Shown in pieces: positions 40,331-54,300 of a stretch of 64,000 bases of DNA. Origin of the DNA: the human T2T-CHM13v2.0 reference genome, Homo sapiens; assembly GCF_009914755.1 (NCBI RefSeq), contig NC_060926.1; one strand, given 5' to 3'. Numbering within the stretch: the stretch's first letter is position 1; each line of letters opens with the position of its first letter. The notes below the pieces were generated by a model. The model searched no databases. It was not told the DNA's origin and saw only the letters and a program-made list of their open reading frames with translations. The translations under genes and the position numbers were made by a program.

Positions 40331-41513
40331 CATGCCAAGTATTATTACTACTGTTATTAATAATTATATTAACACTGCCTCTCAGAGATGAAAGACAGAA
40401 GACTTGGCAAATTTCACATATTACATCAGTGACTAGACACTTTGTTCTACAAATAAAAGGATATGAAGCCTAGGGCTAAATGATCAACACATGCATTTCT
40501 AAACAAGAAAGAAGAGACCCATGGGGTGTGGTTTGAGGGATATCACAAGTCTTCTCACTCATCTCTGCCACCCTTTCATCATGAACTTGCAGAAGTAATT
40601 TAAGGTTTCTGGGACTCAATTTCTACAACTATAAAATAAGAAGCTCTTTCTGCATTCAATGATGTTCTTTTGCAATTATTCAGTAACAATATCTATTTTT
40701 ACAACAAGCTAAGGCAGGGCTTTTAGATCCTCAACATATAAATGTCTCAAACAAGACATCCATAACTTTTCAGTTTGTACTTTTCTTTCTTGAGCTTTAG
40801 AAGAGAGGAGTATAAGAACAGCAATATGGCTTGCATAAAGGGAAGGTGATCAGATTTGCAAAACACAGGGAAGTTATTTTGACACAGAGATGGGGGCCTC
40901 TAAACGCAGGCTACACCTGCTTCTCATCAACACTAAGGGCTGGCCTTGCTAGCATTTGAGGATTCTTGGACGTGTAGAAATCTCCTAGCCAACTCACCAA
41001 AGAAAGAAAACACCAAGCAAAAAACATTGTCTTCTAGATAACCGACTGTGAAACCTGAGAATCATAATAGTCTCTCTAACTGAATCAAAAATCAAAACTA
41101 ATAGATGAAGGAATCAGACATTCTTTTCCAGCACCAAATTCGGTTGTGAATAGTGTGTTGTAAAAGACATGGAATAGAAATATCCCATGTTTTTGGCAAA
41201 ATGAGAAGAGTCAAGCATTCCTGTATGAAGCAGGCCTAATAGTTTGAATATATCACTTGGTTTTCTGAATCACTTCTTGTTGTTTTTCTCTTCCCTAAAG
41301 TTTTTCCCTTCCTAAAGTTTTTCCTTCACTAAAGGTGACTACTCCACACCATAACATCTAATATCTCTCTATACCAATAGAGTGTATATTTATATCCTTA
41401 ATTTATCTCAGGGCGAATACTATATTTTATTCATCGTTGTAATTAAAACGGGTACCTCTTTTAAGATAAATATAAATGAAACAATCAAATCTCACACTTC
41501 AACTCAGTCATAA

Positions 41514-42230
41514 TGAGAGGTGAAGCTGGCTGGGCTTCTGGGTCAGGTGGGGACTTGGAGAACTTTTCTGTCTAGCTAAAGGATTGTAAACACACCAATC
41601 AGCACTCTGTGTCTAGCTAAAGATTTGTAAACACACCAATCAGCACTCTGTAAAAACACACCAATCAATACTCTGTGTCTAGCTAAAGGTTTGTAAATGC
41701 ACCAATCAGCACTCTGTAAAACAGACCAATCAGCACTCTGTAAAATGGACCAATCAGCAGGATGTGGGTGGGGCCAAATGAGGGAATAAAAGCTGGCCAC
41801 ACCCAAGCCAGCAGGCAACCTGCTTGGGTCCCCTTCCACGTTGTGGAAGCTGTGTTCTTTTGCTCTTCACAGTAAATCTTGCTGCTGCTCACTCTTTGGG
41901 TCCTCACTACCTTTATGAGCTGTAACACCATGAGGGTCTGCAGCTTCACTCCTGAAGTCAGCGAGACCACGAACCCCCCAGGTGGAACGAACAACTCCAG
42001 ACGCGCCACCTTTAAGAGCTGTAACACTCACTGTGAAGGCCTACGGTTTCACTCCTGAAGTCAGTGAGACCACGAACCCAGACCAACTCCGGACACATCT
42101 GAACATCTGAAGGTACAAACTCCGGACACACCATCTTTAAGAACTGTAACACTCACCACGAGGGTCCATGGCTTCATTCTTGAAGTCAGTGAGACCAAGA
42201 ACCCACCAGAAGGAAACAATTCTGGACACA
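41514..42230 (+). mobile_element. LTR12 (ERV9; LTR12/LTR12F-like) complete solo LTR
   Basis: TGAGAGGTGAAGCTGGCTGGGCTTCTGGGTC start, tandem accaatcagcactctg units, U5 repeats (cttcactcctgaagtcagcgagaccacgaaccc), ...ggacaCA end, 4-bp TSD ATAA. Confidence 0.95.
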
Positions 42231-42344
42231 ATAATTCATATTATTATTTATAAAACACATTTTATGGCAATTGAGTAAGGATGTAAAAAAATTGTGAATA
42301 GATTATTTTATAGCATATATTTTGGTTAAAAAACTATAGCTACA

Positions 42345-42652
42345 TTTATTTATTTATGTGTTTATTTATTTAGAACCAGAGTCTTGCTCTGTTGCCCAGG
42401 CTGGAGTGTAGTGACACAATCTTGGTTCACTGAAACCTCCACCTCCCAGGTTCAAGCTATTCTCCAGCCTCAGCCTCCTGAGTAGCTGGGATTACAGGTT
42501 CCCGCCACCATGCCCAGCTAATTTTTGTATTTTTAGTAGAGACGGGATTTCACCGTCTTGGCCAGACTGGTCTTGAACTCCTGACCTCGTGATCCACCTG
42601 CCTCAGACTCCCAAAGTGCTGGGATTACAGGTGTGAGCCACTGTGCCCGGCC
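42345..42652 (-). mobile_element. AluS (AluSg-like) SINE
   Basis: ctgacctcgtgatccacc; (TTTA)n tail; flanking AGCTAC repeat. Confidence 0.95.
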
Positions 42653-45459
42653 AGCTACTCTTTTTTTAAGTATAAAGTTATATGAGTAATACAAACATAA
42701 TTTATTGTTATGAACCCTGATTTTTGACATGCATAAGAGTTTCCTCCAAATGAGATCATTCAGCTTTTATTGGGGGTAGTGTGTGAAATATAAAATGAAA
42801 CTTATTATTCTTGGCTAAATTTTTCTGGACTTAAGTTGTTTTCTTATGATAAATACATGATTTAAGTCAATGCAGTCAACACAATGGAGGAAACACCAGC
42901 CAGATTTGTTAGATTCCTTCTATTGGTTGATTCTTTCAAATATTGCTCTAACTGGACCCTAGAGACAGTGAGACAGTGTTAGAAGGGAAATTTAAAACTA
43001 GAAATGAAAGTACACTAAAATTACACAGTATCCACATAACACTTTTGTGGGAATTATTAAAGGTGGATGATGCCACCCCAAGGGCAAAGGCACGATCAGT
43101 TGTGAACAGGCTAGACGTAGACTTCCCCTAAGCCCTTCAACCAGTCATCTTTGTGCAGTCCACAACTTATGCAACCTCTGCAGTCCACAACTTGTGCAGC
43201 GCTGAAACATTGTGTTGGTTTAGCAAACAAATTAAAGGCAAAGGTTTTCTTTAAAGGTTTATGTTGTAATTAATTAAAATGAGCATGGCTGTCTTCTGAA
43301 TTCATTTGTCAGAATAATAGCAAATCCAATGAGAGTTTCAAAATATTTCAAAATTTAGAAGATTCCTTGCCACCTGTGCCACTTAGGGGAATGCTTACCT
43401 TCACTCAGGCTTTATTTATTTATTTATTTTTTTGAGAATCAGATATGAGGTAAACTGTATAAATATTGGAAAATTTATCCTTTTTATTATTTCCTCATAA
43501 TAAAAATAAATTTACTCATATGAAATCCATACCTTTTCTACGCTGACATACCATATTGAAAGATTAATTACATACACTTCCACTTGAATTCCAAAACTAT
43601 AAAAAGTCTATTTATGTGTGCATACACACATATACAATAGGCATTTCTCTCTTTAGAATAAACAATGTTAGAGAATATTCATTATTCAAATCTAGACTCA
43701 GAGCTGAATGATCCAAAAATGTTTTATTTCTACATAACATAGACAAGTGTTTAAAACAGAAATTCAATATTTTTAGAAGTTTTCAACCTTGCTGCAAATT
43801 AACAAGTTCATGTTTTCATTGTTTCATATAAAAATGAGTGCGGTAACTCATGAAAAATCGTGCTTCATGTGTGATTAAGCTGATTTATCTCTACTTCTAA
43901 TTCCATTTACTTTAACAAAATGCTAACATTGAAAGAAGGGGGCTTCAGAAGCTGACAAGAAGTTTAGTTTTCAAGGAAAATCACAGGATTGGACTCCATG
44001 CTTGTCTACACCATGATCACTGGCATTTACAGGGAGGAATTTGTGCAATGGGCAGGAAGATTATTGCTAACGCTGTCCAGAGATCATGAGGCTTGCATTT
44101 AACAAACATAACTTTATACTTTCCAAGGCCAACCTCAGGCTAGGAGTCAGGATATATGCCCTTGGCAATTAAGCTGGAGAAGCAAATTATGGACTGACGT
44201 ACCATGAAATACCACCAGGCCTTTGAAGAATAGTTCGCTGAAGAATGTGCTAACTAAATGGATACTTAATTGAGACAATAAGATTTCCATGGCAAATTAT
44301 AACATGCAATTTGCACCATTCATGTATCTGCTGCAAACATTAATAAAGAGGATTATTCTCTAATACTGAAAACAAATCACAAATTGCTAAATCTTAATGA
44401 AAAGTACAGGACTTCCCTCTATTGGTGGCCTTTGGAGTTTTGTTCCTTAGACTGGCTTAGCAATCTTCATGCCCAATATTTGACTTCCATTCAATACTGA
44501 AGGTGCATACTGATGTTTTTGTATTGGCAGTTCCCTGGTATGACTTAGCTGATAGCTCATCCTTCACAAGAATGCTTACATGAATGGCACCCGAGTTGGA
44601 AGGAAAGTGAGTAATCAAAGTGGTTTATAGAGCTCTTATTATTTGCTTTCTGCCCCCTAGGAACTCTTCATTTCACTAACTGATGTCTTCTAGTATCTTG
44701 GGAGCAGGGAAGGAAATATATAGATGCCATTTTTACCCCTATCATTACTCCCACTTTGATGCATTCTTAAGCTTATTTCTCACTTCTTATCGTGGCATGA
44801 GGGAGTTGAATACATGAAGCTTCTCCATCCCCTCTCTCTACCTTGTTGGCAGACTTACAGAGTCACCCAGGACTCTCCCACGGCTAGGTGAAGACTGCAG
44901 TCAGGCTCATCTCACCATTTTCAGCAAAACTTTCCCAAAGTTTAGGCTCAGAAAGTTAATGGCATCATGTTCCCCCTGGCTGAAGAGGGAAGCCTATGGC
45001 TATGCCGGGATCCACCCTGATGGGTCCGGTTCTCACCAAAGGGCTCCAGGCTATAGAATTTTCCTTCTTCCTTTCTTATCAAGTTTTCCTCCTAAATCTC
45101 ATATACCATCTGGGTTCTGATATTAAGCTTGCTAATATCAAAAATTAATTCACACTCAAGTGTTAGGGCTTTACCGCAGTTTATTTTGGTTGAGTGGATG
45201 TTTTGATGGCTCCCACTTCTTATATCATTGTATATATAATAGTTCTGTTTAGTGAGCTCCACTCCAAATAGTGTCCTAAGTATGTTGAAAATATGATCTC
45301 ATCTAATCAAGCACAGAACCACCTCCTTTGCCTACTTGTAAGGTTGGTGTTGGCCCAACAACATGCACACAGTACTTGTTTCTATGTTTATCTTTCATTA
45401 TCCTGGGTTACAACATTTATCTAACCTGAGTGGTTTAAGAATCACTCTACAAAAATGCT

Positions 45460-45900
45460 TTCTGTGCCTGTTATGGCCTAACTCTACGTTTCTGTTGATT
45501 TTAAAGTAAATGATACATGATTCCTGACTTCAAGGATTTCATTGTTCAGTAAGAGAGAGAGATATGAATTATTACAAGGCGGATGATAGAGGGCCTCAAT
45601 CCAACTTCTCTTCTAACTCTTCCTGCCAGAGTGAAATTGCTACTTTACTTGTCTGTTTCCTGCCCACCCCCTGATCTATTTGTGGCCCAAAATTGTGTCT
45701 TAGCAAATTTGTAACCATATTTCCTAACTTCAGGATCCAAAATATGTTAGATAAGAAAAATAGGTATATCATTCCATATTATGGATAGAGAAACTACTCA
45801 TAGACTTTGAAGGCTTATTCAAAATCTGAAACTAGAAACATCAGAGTTGGAGTTCAGATCTGAGTCCATTGGCACCCTGTAACATGTTTTTACCTCAACA
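45460..45900. mobile_element. L2 and MIR fragments
   Basis: catgattcctgacttcaagg (antisense L2); cattccatattatggatagagaaact...gagttgggagttcagatc (antisense MIR). Confidence 0.55.
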
Positions 45901-46704
45901 TCCTATCTCTGTTGACATTCCTTTTCAGGAATCAATCCGATAGCAATGTATGTGTAAGCAAGAATACTAAAAGCAAATATACTTATAGTCATTTCTAGTA
46001 GTCTACAGATCACCCAGGTGTAAATTATCTACTTTGTGGCTTATCTGTTAAAAATGATTGCTATCAGAGTGGCTACCATTTGCCATCTAATACACCTCTG
46101 AGCCTTTTCTCTCTCATTATCACTTTTGCAAGAAATGTAAACTGCTGAGATTCTATTATTAGCTTAGATGCAACATAATTTAAACAATAAATCTGATATA
46201 CATACCCTTGCCAATTGACAGAATGCCACCTAAGTTTAACATAAATGACTTTCAAAAGATGCACCCCTGCATTAACACAGATAATTTCATTTTAATTTAC
46301 ATTCAGAGATTCTGTTTTGGGTAGGGGTAACTGAGAATATTGGTGTGTATTTTTCTTTCTGAGGCCGCCCACCTCCAGGCGATATTTTATTGCTTTACTC
46401 TTGGAGGCTCAAAATCTCATGAAATCCTAGAAGGGAAATCTTGGAAATGCAGCCCTCTCTTTTTTAATTGTCATGGAATGACAGCATTCCATAGAAAGGA
46501 TTACTAGTAACCTGCCAAAAGTAAAGCTCCCAGGTGAGCAAGAGCATCTTTTCAAACACAGAGAGTAAATTCAATCTTGTCATAAGTGGTCATTTACTCA
46601 GGAAACCATTCTCTCTAGTTTCTAGAAATTATTTTTAAGCATATAAACTCCCAGGAATGACTGCAAAAGATCAACAAAGATGAAGCTGCAAAAATTAATC
46701 ACAA

Positions 46705-46716
46705 ACACACACACAC

Positions 46717-46751
<35 letters not shown>
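46705..46751 (+). repeat. (CA)n-(GA)n microsatellite
   Basis: Direct reading. Confidence 0.95.
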
Positions 46752-46754
<3 letters not shown>

Positions 46755-49700
46755 GCCTCTTGTGACTTTAAATAAACAGACAAAACCAAATTTCCATTCC
46801 ACTTCTTTCATCAAACTTTTCTTATTCCATCCAGATAGACACCCTAAAGGTAGTAATAGTCTCACCAGGCATAGTGCTACCTACAAACCACTAGTAGAGC
46901 TTCCATGAAGATTAGGAAGACACAAAGGTTTTTGTCTCTTCAGAACAAAAAGTACATTGCACTTAATAATGAACCTGTCATTTTAAACGTCCAGGTTTCA
47001 ATTATATAAGTAATAGAGTTTAGAGATGAACTGTTTGTATAATTTTGCCCAGAATTTAGATTTATATTTTGTACTTCTATAAATATTTCCTGAAATGTAT
47101 TCAAATAGCAAGGTGTTAGTTACATATATTAATATGGCAATTCTAATAGCTATCTGTACAATGCAAACTTTACTAAGCTACTACAGGAATCCCTTTTCAT
47201 TCAGTACTAGAGACAAACTGGCAAATGTAGATAGTGGCCCAGTTGGTTAATAATTATCTTGCTCTCACTGAGAAAAGTCAGTTATCTCAAGACAAGCACA
47301 TGCAAATTTGAAGGAATGGGGGAAAGAGAAATGGTGGGGCAATGGAGAGGAAAGAGAAACAGAAAAATAATATAGAAAGTATGTATTCAAGGTTCTTTGT
47401 AAGGCTATATGTCTAGGATGAGATAATTGCCCTTCTATTACATGGTTCTGAAGATTACTCAGAAAAGAAAGAATAAATAATCCTAACCTATATACTATAA
47501 TCACATGCAGCAACTTGTATTCATTAATTGGAGAATAGAACAAGTAGAGTACCCAAACATAAAAAAAAGACGAGAAAGATAAGAAGCATTCATCAAGCAG
47601 TATGTAACTGCCATTTACATCAACTGCCCGCAGAAACATTCCAAAAGCTAATATTTCAGCAACATAAACAAAGTCATAATTAAAAGTTTCAATGTCATAT
47701 CATGCAGCTCTTTATTTTTAATGTAGTATTTGTTCAACTTAGAGAACTAATAATTTTTCTCTTATTAATGTTTGCAGAAAGATCCAGTGGATCATTTCAG
47801 AATTTAGTTTGGCTCTCCCCACACAGGATTTAACCAGGCTGACAGATTCAGCACAGGAAAGTATTTTAATGTAATGATATACCACCACTTCTAGACCCAA
47901 TGACAAGATGAAAATCCAAGAGCAGGCATAAAACACCTATAAAGAAATGACAGAGCTTGAAGTCAGTGTGAATAATTTCTGAATCATAAATTCACAAAGG
48001 GAACAGGGAAAAGAAAGGAGAAAAGGAGAAGCAAAGAGGAGGGGGAAAAGTTGAGTAGCTTGTTCCACCCACCTCAAATGCTGAATTTAAGAGCTTTCTG
48101 CACATTCATGTTGCCCAGTGACAGGGCTTCAGGTACATCAAGTGGCCCACAGTTGCAGATGCATTAGAAGCTCTGCTTCAATTGTGTTCAGAGGCCAAGT
48201 GTGTACCCAGTTAGGTAATCAGGCTTTTTCATGTTGACTACAGATATCCTCATCACGTGCGCAGTTGTGCATAATGGAAAACATGTAATGTTCACAATGG
48301 CTTCCCTCAAACTTCACTTTCCTTTCCCAGATATCTGCTGCCTGTCTTTGCTCCTGAAGTGCATCACCATTTGATGGGAAGCTCTGTAAACCTATATTTA
48401 GTGCCTGAGAAACACCCTCTTCTCTCTTTACCCTCAGAATAGCTAAGATCAGCACTTCTGTTAATAGTTTCCAGGTTTGAACTCTAAGCAACTAAGCTAC
48501 CCTTGGAATTTACTTTTTCTCACAGACAAATAAAGATTGAGGAATACTACGAAATCTATTTTTTATTAGCATGTCCAGATAGAAATTCTCTTGTATCTTT
48601 GGCCACTCCATTTCTTCTTGTCAGTGTTAAAACTGGAATTTAGGATGCATATGCTGTTAAAAGATCTGGAATTTATCATAAATGTACAAATTGAGAAATA
48701 AAGTGTAATTATGTACCACTATGCACATCTAAAAGAAAAAGCCTGCAGTATAGCCAAATATGATGTTCCTGTTGGCATGTCTAGCCTGGTGGTCCTTTGC
48801 ATTACTATGCATGTAATATGTTTACAGGGTATGTCATCACCCTCTTCTTGGCAGTAGAAACCAAGCAGAGTCTAAAACATGGGAGACTTTTAATAAATGC
48901 CTACCAAATTACATTGAGAAGTCAGTGGCCTCTAAACATATTTGGATCTGACTCTACCTTTTTTCAATATGTTTATTGTGTCTAGTTATGAATATCTACA
49001 TAGATGTGCCTTTCCTTCTTTTGAACTAGAAGAGAAATAAATAGGGAGGAAAGAGAATTCCGCAACTAATTCCAACCCACTGACTTCATTCCTACTGGTT
49101 CCTAGAAATAGGCCAAAAAATAGGAGTAGGCTACCTCCATGCTGACCTGCAAGTTCATTTTAATATTAACTACTATGTCAGGCCATAAGATGACCTAATA
49201 AGCACACAATATCTGGAGAGCTAAGCGGAGTTATCCCTCATACCTAAGGCGACTTCTCTCTCTGGATATTTGTATGCTGGATTTGTCTCTGAAGCTAAGC
49301 TTGGTATGGGAAAATGGGAAACTAGATAACTGAACAGCTATTACTTGTTAAACTGCAGTTGGGGTGACTATAAACAAGCAGAAGAAAACTCAGTTTTAAA
49401 GTGCCTTAAGTGCAGCTTGAAGCAACATACCTAGAACCCTGAAGTCGGTGCAGCTAGAATGAAGCAGGACTCTGAACAAAACCTTTCCCGTAACTAAAAT
49501 CTCTGTACCTGCACATTTTATTTTCAACACAGTATTCTTGGTAAAGAGTTCTTGAAAGCATCAGAAGCCATAAATAATGCTCTGTAATCAAAGACTGGAT
49601 ATGAATTAGAGTTTACAAGTTTGTCATTTTTGCCTTTAAAAAATGTCAGAAATATGGTGTCTGTAGTGATCTTATTTTCTGAAAGGAATCCAATTGCAGA

Positions 49701-50029
49701 CAAAGGAGGCTTTCTCTAGAAGCAAGGGATGTAAAGCTTGAGAAATATGGATTTATAATGAATACTTAGAATCACGTTAAACATTGTTCTCCTAGAAATA
49801 TCAAGTTAATTATTGATAAACACCCTGATGTCACGATCAGGTTCAATATCTAGGGGTTCAATTTCTGTTTCTTGGTGACCTTCAATATCAACACCTATTC
49901 AGATTTTCAGGTGGCTTCTGTTTTAGGTTTTTATTTATTTTGGTTTGTATTTTGCCTCATTCATAATAAAACACAAGGTCATTCCTACTTACGCTGTTCC
50001 ACAAAGGTTACCTTGCACACATTATAAGC

Positions 50030-50250
50030 AGGTAGACCCTGTGAGTCAAATATAGCACATAGCTATGTTTGGTTTGACTCCAACACTGTTTGAAATATGT
50101 GAAATTTTTTAGATATCGATAAATTCTTCCATTCACAATGATTCTTACCACCTCCTATTGTATTTACCCACATATTTACAATTATCTTTTTTAATCTTTG
50201 TAGGCATCAGAGTTGGCATGCCCTACCCTAGATTCTGGGCTTCCCCTGAT
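50030..50250. mobile_element. MER102-like hAT-Charlie fragment
   Basis: tatgtttggtttgactccaacactgttt...agagttggcatgcccta. Confidence 0.4.
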
Positions 50251-50329
50251 GCAAAAAAAAAAAAAAAAAAAAAAAATCCTTATTTCATACTGGGTCAATT
50301 CCATCAGCTTGCACTAAATATTTACAGGA

Positions 50330-50660
50330 GTTCATTTATTAAATGTTTGTTGAGCAGCTTCTATACACTAAATACTATGCTGGGCACTAGTGACACAGTA
50401 ACTTCATGCAGCTTCCATTCACGTTGGGGATGGGAGGGTGAATTGACAATAAATAAATACATTTCAGGTGGTGATAAATATTATGTAAGGAAAAATAAAG
50501 TAGAGGAAGGAGATAGAGTGTGACAGAGGATGCTATTTTCAACAAGTTATCAGGAAACATTCTCTCTGACGAGGCGATATCATAGCAAGCACCTGAATAA
50601 AGTGACAGAATGAACAATACAGATATCTGGGGGAAGAGCTTTCCAAGCAGACACAGGCCC
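50330..50660 (-). mobile_element. L2a 3' end
   Basis: ttcatttattaaatgtttgttgagcagc...gcagcttccattc...gatatctgggggaagagctttccaagcaga. Confidence 0.85.
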
Positions 50661-51169
50661 CCTCTTAAAGGAAGCCTCATCTTTACAATGGTAAGAGTTT
50701 CTACCTCTAGCACACTCTTGATTTCTTGAGCTGAAAATAAAAGAAAATTGCTAGTCGTTTTCTCCTTAATTCTCTCAGTGTTTTTTCCACTTGGTTTTTT
50801 AAACCAAGTGGAAAATACATCAGTAATTTTCAAACTCTTCTTTCACTATTACAACTTGATGCTTCTCTTATCACTGAAACAATAATAATAGAATTTTGCT
50901 ACTCTGGAGGAAAATGTCTATTGGAAAAACTACTTATGGATAACGCTCTCACCAAAAATCCCTAGGTTACTTCTAACAGCAAGAATAATGAATAATAAGC
51001 AAGGGCATGTTTATGTAAAAAAGAACCATATCCCTTTTGCAAGTATTTTTTAAATAATAGAATAAGTGAATATTCTGCCTGCTTTTTTAAAAAAAGAGTC
51101 TGTAATTAGTGTAAATTAGTAAAGAAGTCTACTTTGTGTTTTTAAAAATAGAAATTATGTTAGAATTTT

Positions 51170-51320
51170 AAAAAGACCTGAGAGATTATTTTCATCAGTT
51201 CCCTCTCTTAGTAAGGAAACTAAAGCTCTCGGGGTTTAAATGGTTCCAAGGACAAAGAGCCATTTATTGGCCATGCTGGAACTGGAAGCCAAGGTTTGTA
51301 ATTTGTAGACTAGTACTCTT
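51170..51320 (-). mobile_element. MIR
   Basis: aagacctgagagattatt...aggaaactaaagctc...ccaaggacaaagagc...ggaactggaagccaagg. Confidence 0.7.
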
Positions 51321-54300
51321 ACATTGTGTAGAGCACATTGTACTAGTGAATTTAAAAAAAAAAAACAAAAACTTATATTGGGACTTACTATTTCCCATGT
51401 TGTGGGGAGTTCAACATTCGGGTAGCCGCCAACCCCCGCCACCCCACTCCGCGGCCCACGCTACCACCCTCCGCCACCCACCTTGGGTTTTAGCTATAGG
51501 AATGTGAAAGCATAATCTAACAGGAAAGCTAATTTTCTCCATATTAACATGACTGTGCCTGTCTCTGCCGAACACCCTGAGTCCCAATTTGTGATTACGA
51601 AGGGCTGGATTAATGTAGGACCTTCACAACAGCTTTAACAAGGCATTAGTGGGGCCTACTGGATCAGAAAGTTGATTTCCAAGAAATAGTACTCATTAGA
51701 GTAAAGTCTAAACTCTCTTCTGGATCTCTTCAGTTGGCAACTATGGGAAAAAAGAACCTAAACATCTGCCATCTTGCTGGATTTATGCAGAATCACTGGA
51801 CTGATAAATCCATTGTGATCCCTAGCCTTATGCATGTTTATTATACCATTTACCACTGCAAAGGCATTCATTGGTGATTTCTTTGCTCATCTTATTTTTA
51901 AGTGAAAAGCATTTTGATGAAGTAATATCTTAAAATATGGTAGGTAAATGTCAGTTGTGAAACCAGCAATATAGAAATCATTTTACATAGTACATGAAAT
52001 TGATTTGATTTTCAGGAGTAACGTAAAATAATTTAGATATGTGTTTTGCTTATACCTAAAACCAAACTATTGATCATTAAAAATTCCTAACACTATAAAA
52101 CATGTTATGGCAATATGCTATATATATTATTGTCAACATAATAGCATGCTATTACTCTTTACAGTGTTCTCATTAATCCCACAAATTGTTCAAACCATGG
52201 GTTTGAATTTCTATATTGCAAATGAGTGGAAATGTATCAGTTGTGGATCTTAGTATAGTTTCAGTTTAGTTTTATGGAGATATATTAACTACCTGCTCTA
52301 TACAAATAATAGATAATTAAACAAATAAGAACTGATTCATAAACTCAAGGAACTTAGACTTAATTTCGTTTCAGTCAGATGTCAGGAGCCTGACAATCCT
52401 CTACTTGTTTATTTCTTATTTATATTGCAGTGAAATATCATCCATTTTCAACTAATCCAACATCAAAGGCCCTGTGTGTTAGGTGTATGTTAGGAAACAA
52501 TATGTTTCCAATTATTTGAAGAAAGTGAAACATGCTAAGTTCTCAGAAGGACATTTGGAAGGGAGAAGCTAGCTTGCACATAGGAGGCTCTCAATAAACC
52601 TCTGATAATTGAACAAATGTAACTCAACTCTTTTGTTCCAACTTGGGGCCTAAGGAAGACATCTTCCACAAGGAAAACCCTCCAGCATAAAAGGAATCTC
52701 CCTGATGTACCCTGCCTGAAATCATACCATCCAGCTCCATTCTACAGTGGTGGCAGGGGAGCCTGGCACTTCATGGCTGTAGAAGAAACTAGCAGGTGAA
52801 CAGGATTATATGATGTTTATAGAAACAGTGAAACCCGAAGTGTCTCGCACTTGTATGGAAGAGACATTTAAAATCAGACATTGCTAATCTGGCAATGGTC
52901 TGTACTTAGATTTTGCAAATATTCACAAGATTCCTGTTAAAATTTTTTATGGCATGCACTTTAACCCCTGAAAATCTTGAGAAGCACAATATTACAATTT
53001 GATATATGATTTATTCTAGAAATTGAGTTGTCAGAAAAACAATCAACTCTCAATTTCTAAAAAGAAAAACTATAACATTTACAGAAGTTTTAGATTAAAT
53101 AGACAAAGCTTAGCTTTGAATATATTTTTTAAACAAAAAGAGCAAAACTACTAAGAAATTTATAAGATAGTATCTTAAACTGAATAATAGGATGGATGAG
53201 AGATGAAATAGCCAGTAATGTTCTCTTGTTTTCTTTTGAAGAATTTGTGGCTTGGGGAAAGAAGCAAAATTTATCATTCTCAAATAATTGTTTTACTTTA
53301 TTAAAATTTTATACATCTTTATTTTGACACTTCTAATAGCAACGTATATGATGGATCTGGTTCTAGTTCATTTATAATGAAAACTAAAATAAATAAGTAT
53401 AGTATAAAAGCTATATTTTTGTCCAAATCTAATCATGGCCTACAGATCTGAAACTACAGCAAATATTCTGAAATTTTAGGTCAATTATATGAATATTCAA
53501 TTAAAATTTGTAAGAAGGAGATATGGCCTACATACATCCTGCCTGGATACCAGGCGTTTGAACACAGACAAAAATTCAGATATAATGTAAAATAATATTT
53601 TAAATATTAATATAAATATAAACCAATATAAAATAGTAAAACTTGTTGGAGTCTACAGTTTAGCTTCTTCATTTAAAATTGAAAAAAAGAAAGCCAAGTA
53701 GTTCCTTTCATTCACTTTTGCAAGACTGCAGTTTGCTAACAAAATGAAATTCAGCTTTTGCTGATGATTTACCACTAAACTAGGCTACCTCTAATTAGGA
53801 TACTGAATTTTTAAGTAACAGTGATCTACTTATTAGGCTATGCTTAATTGAAAAATAAGAATTTTCTTTAGTCTTTTCTAAAAAGAATTTTTTAAATGAA
53901 TTAAATGTCAACAGTTAAGGCAAGAGCAAGAGTTTGCCGGAAAAAAGCAAGGAAAGGGAAAGTAGAAAAAAAATTAAATCTACATCAGTATTTTCATCAG
54001 TGCTTGACTTCTCAAAAATTTAGCATTTTGTACTCAATTCAGATGTTCTAGCTATGATGCCTAATCCCATTAGGAATTATGATTATCAGTTAGTGGAAAA
54101 TCCTCTATGTTGATCAAGACAGGATTTTGTGGGTGTGTGTGTGTGAGAGTCTGAGTTTTATATCTAGTAGGCATTGTAGAAGATAAGCTAATTTTGATGT
54201 GGGAGATTGAATTAAAGTCCATAGAGGTTAGCATATTGAAAGGAAAATGAATTGCCCTCCTTTGGATGTTGTATACAGTTGGCAGCCCTGGAATTTGTAG

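Noticed and set aside
41560-41760. Regularly spaced accaatcagcactctg repeats that superficially resemble a CRISPR array
   Set aside because: These are the known tandem U3 repeats of LTR12/ERV9; the spacers are not unique and there are no cas genes in this primate DNA.
41576-42027. Minus-strand ORFs of 87 and 114 aa
   Set aside because: Antisense translation of LTR12 repeats.
43150-43200. Duplicated TGCAGTCCACAACTT
   Set aside because: Probably the subterminal repeats of an old hAT-type element or a trivial local duplication; nothing further supports it.
50387-50833. Longest ORF in the track (148 aa)
   Set aside because: It overlaps an L2a 3' end, has a non-ATG start and no recognisable domain.
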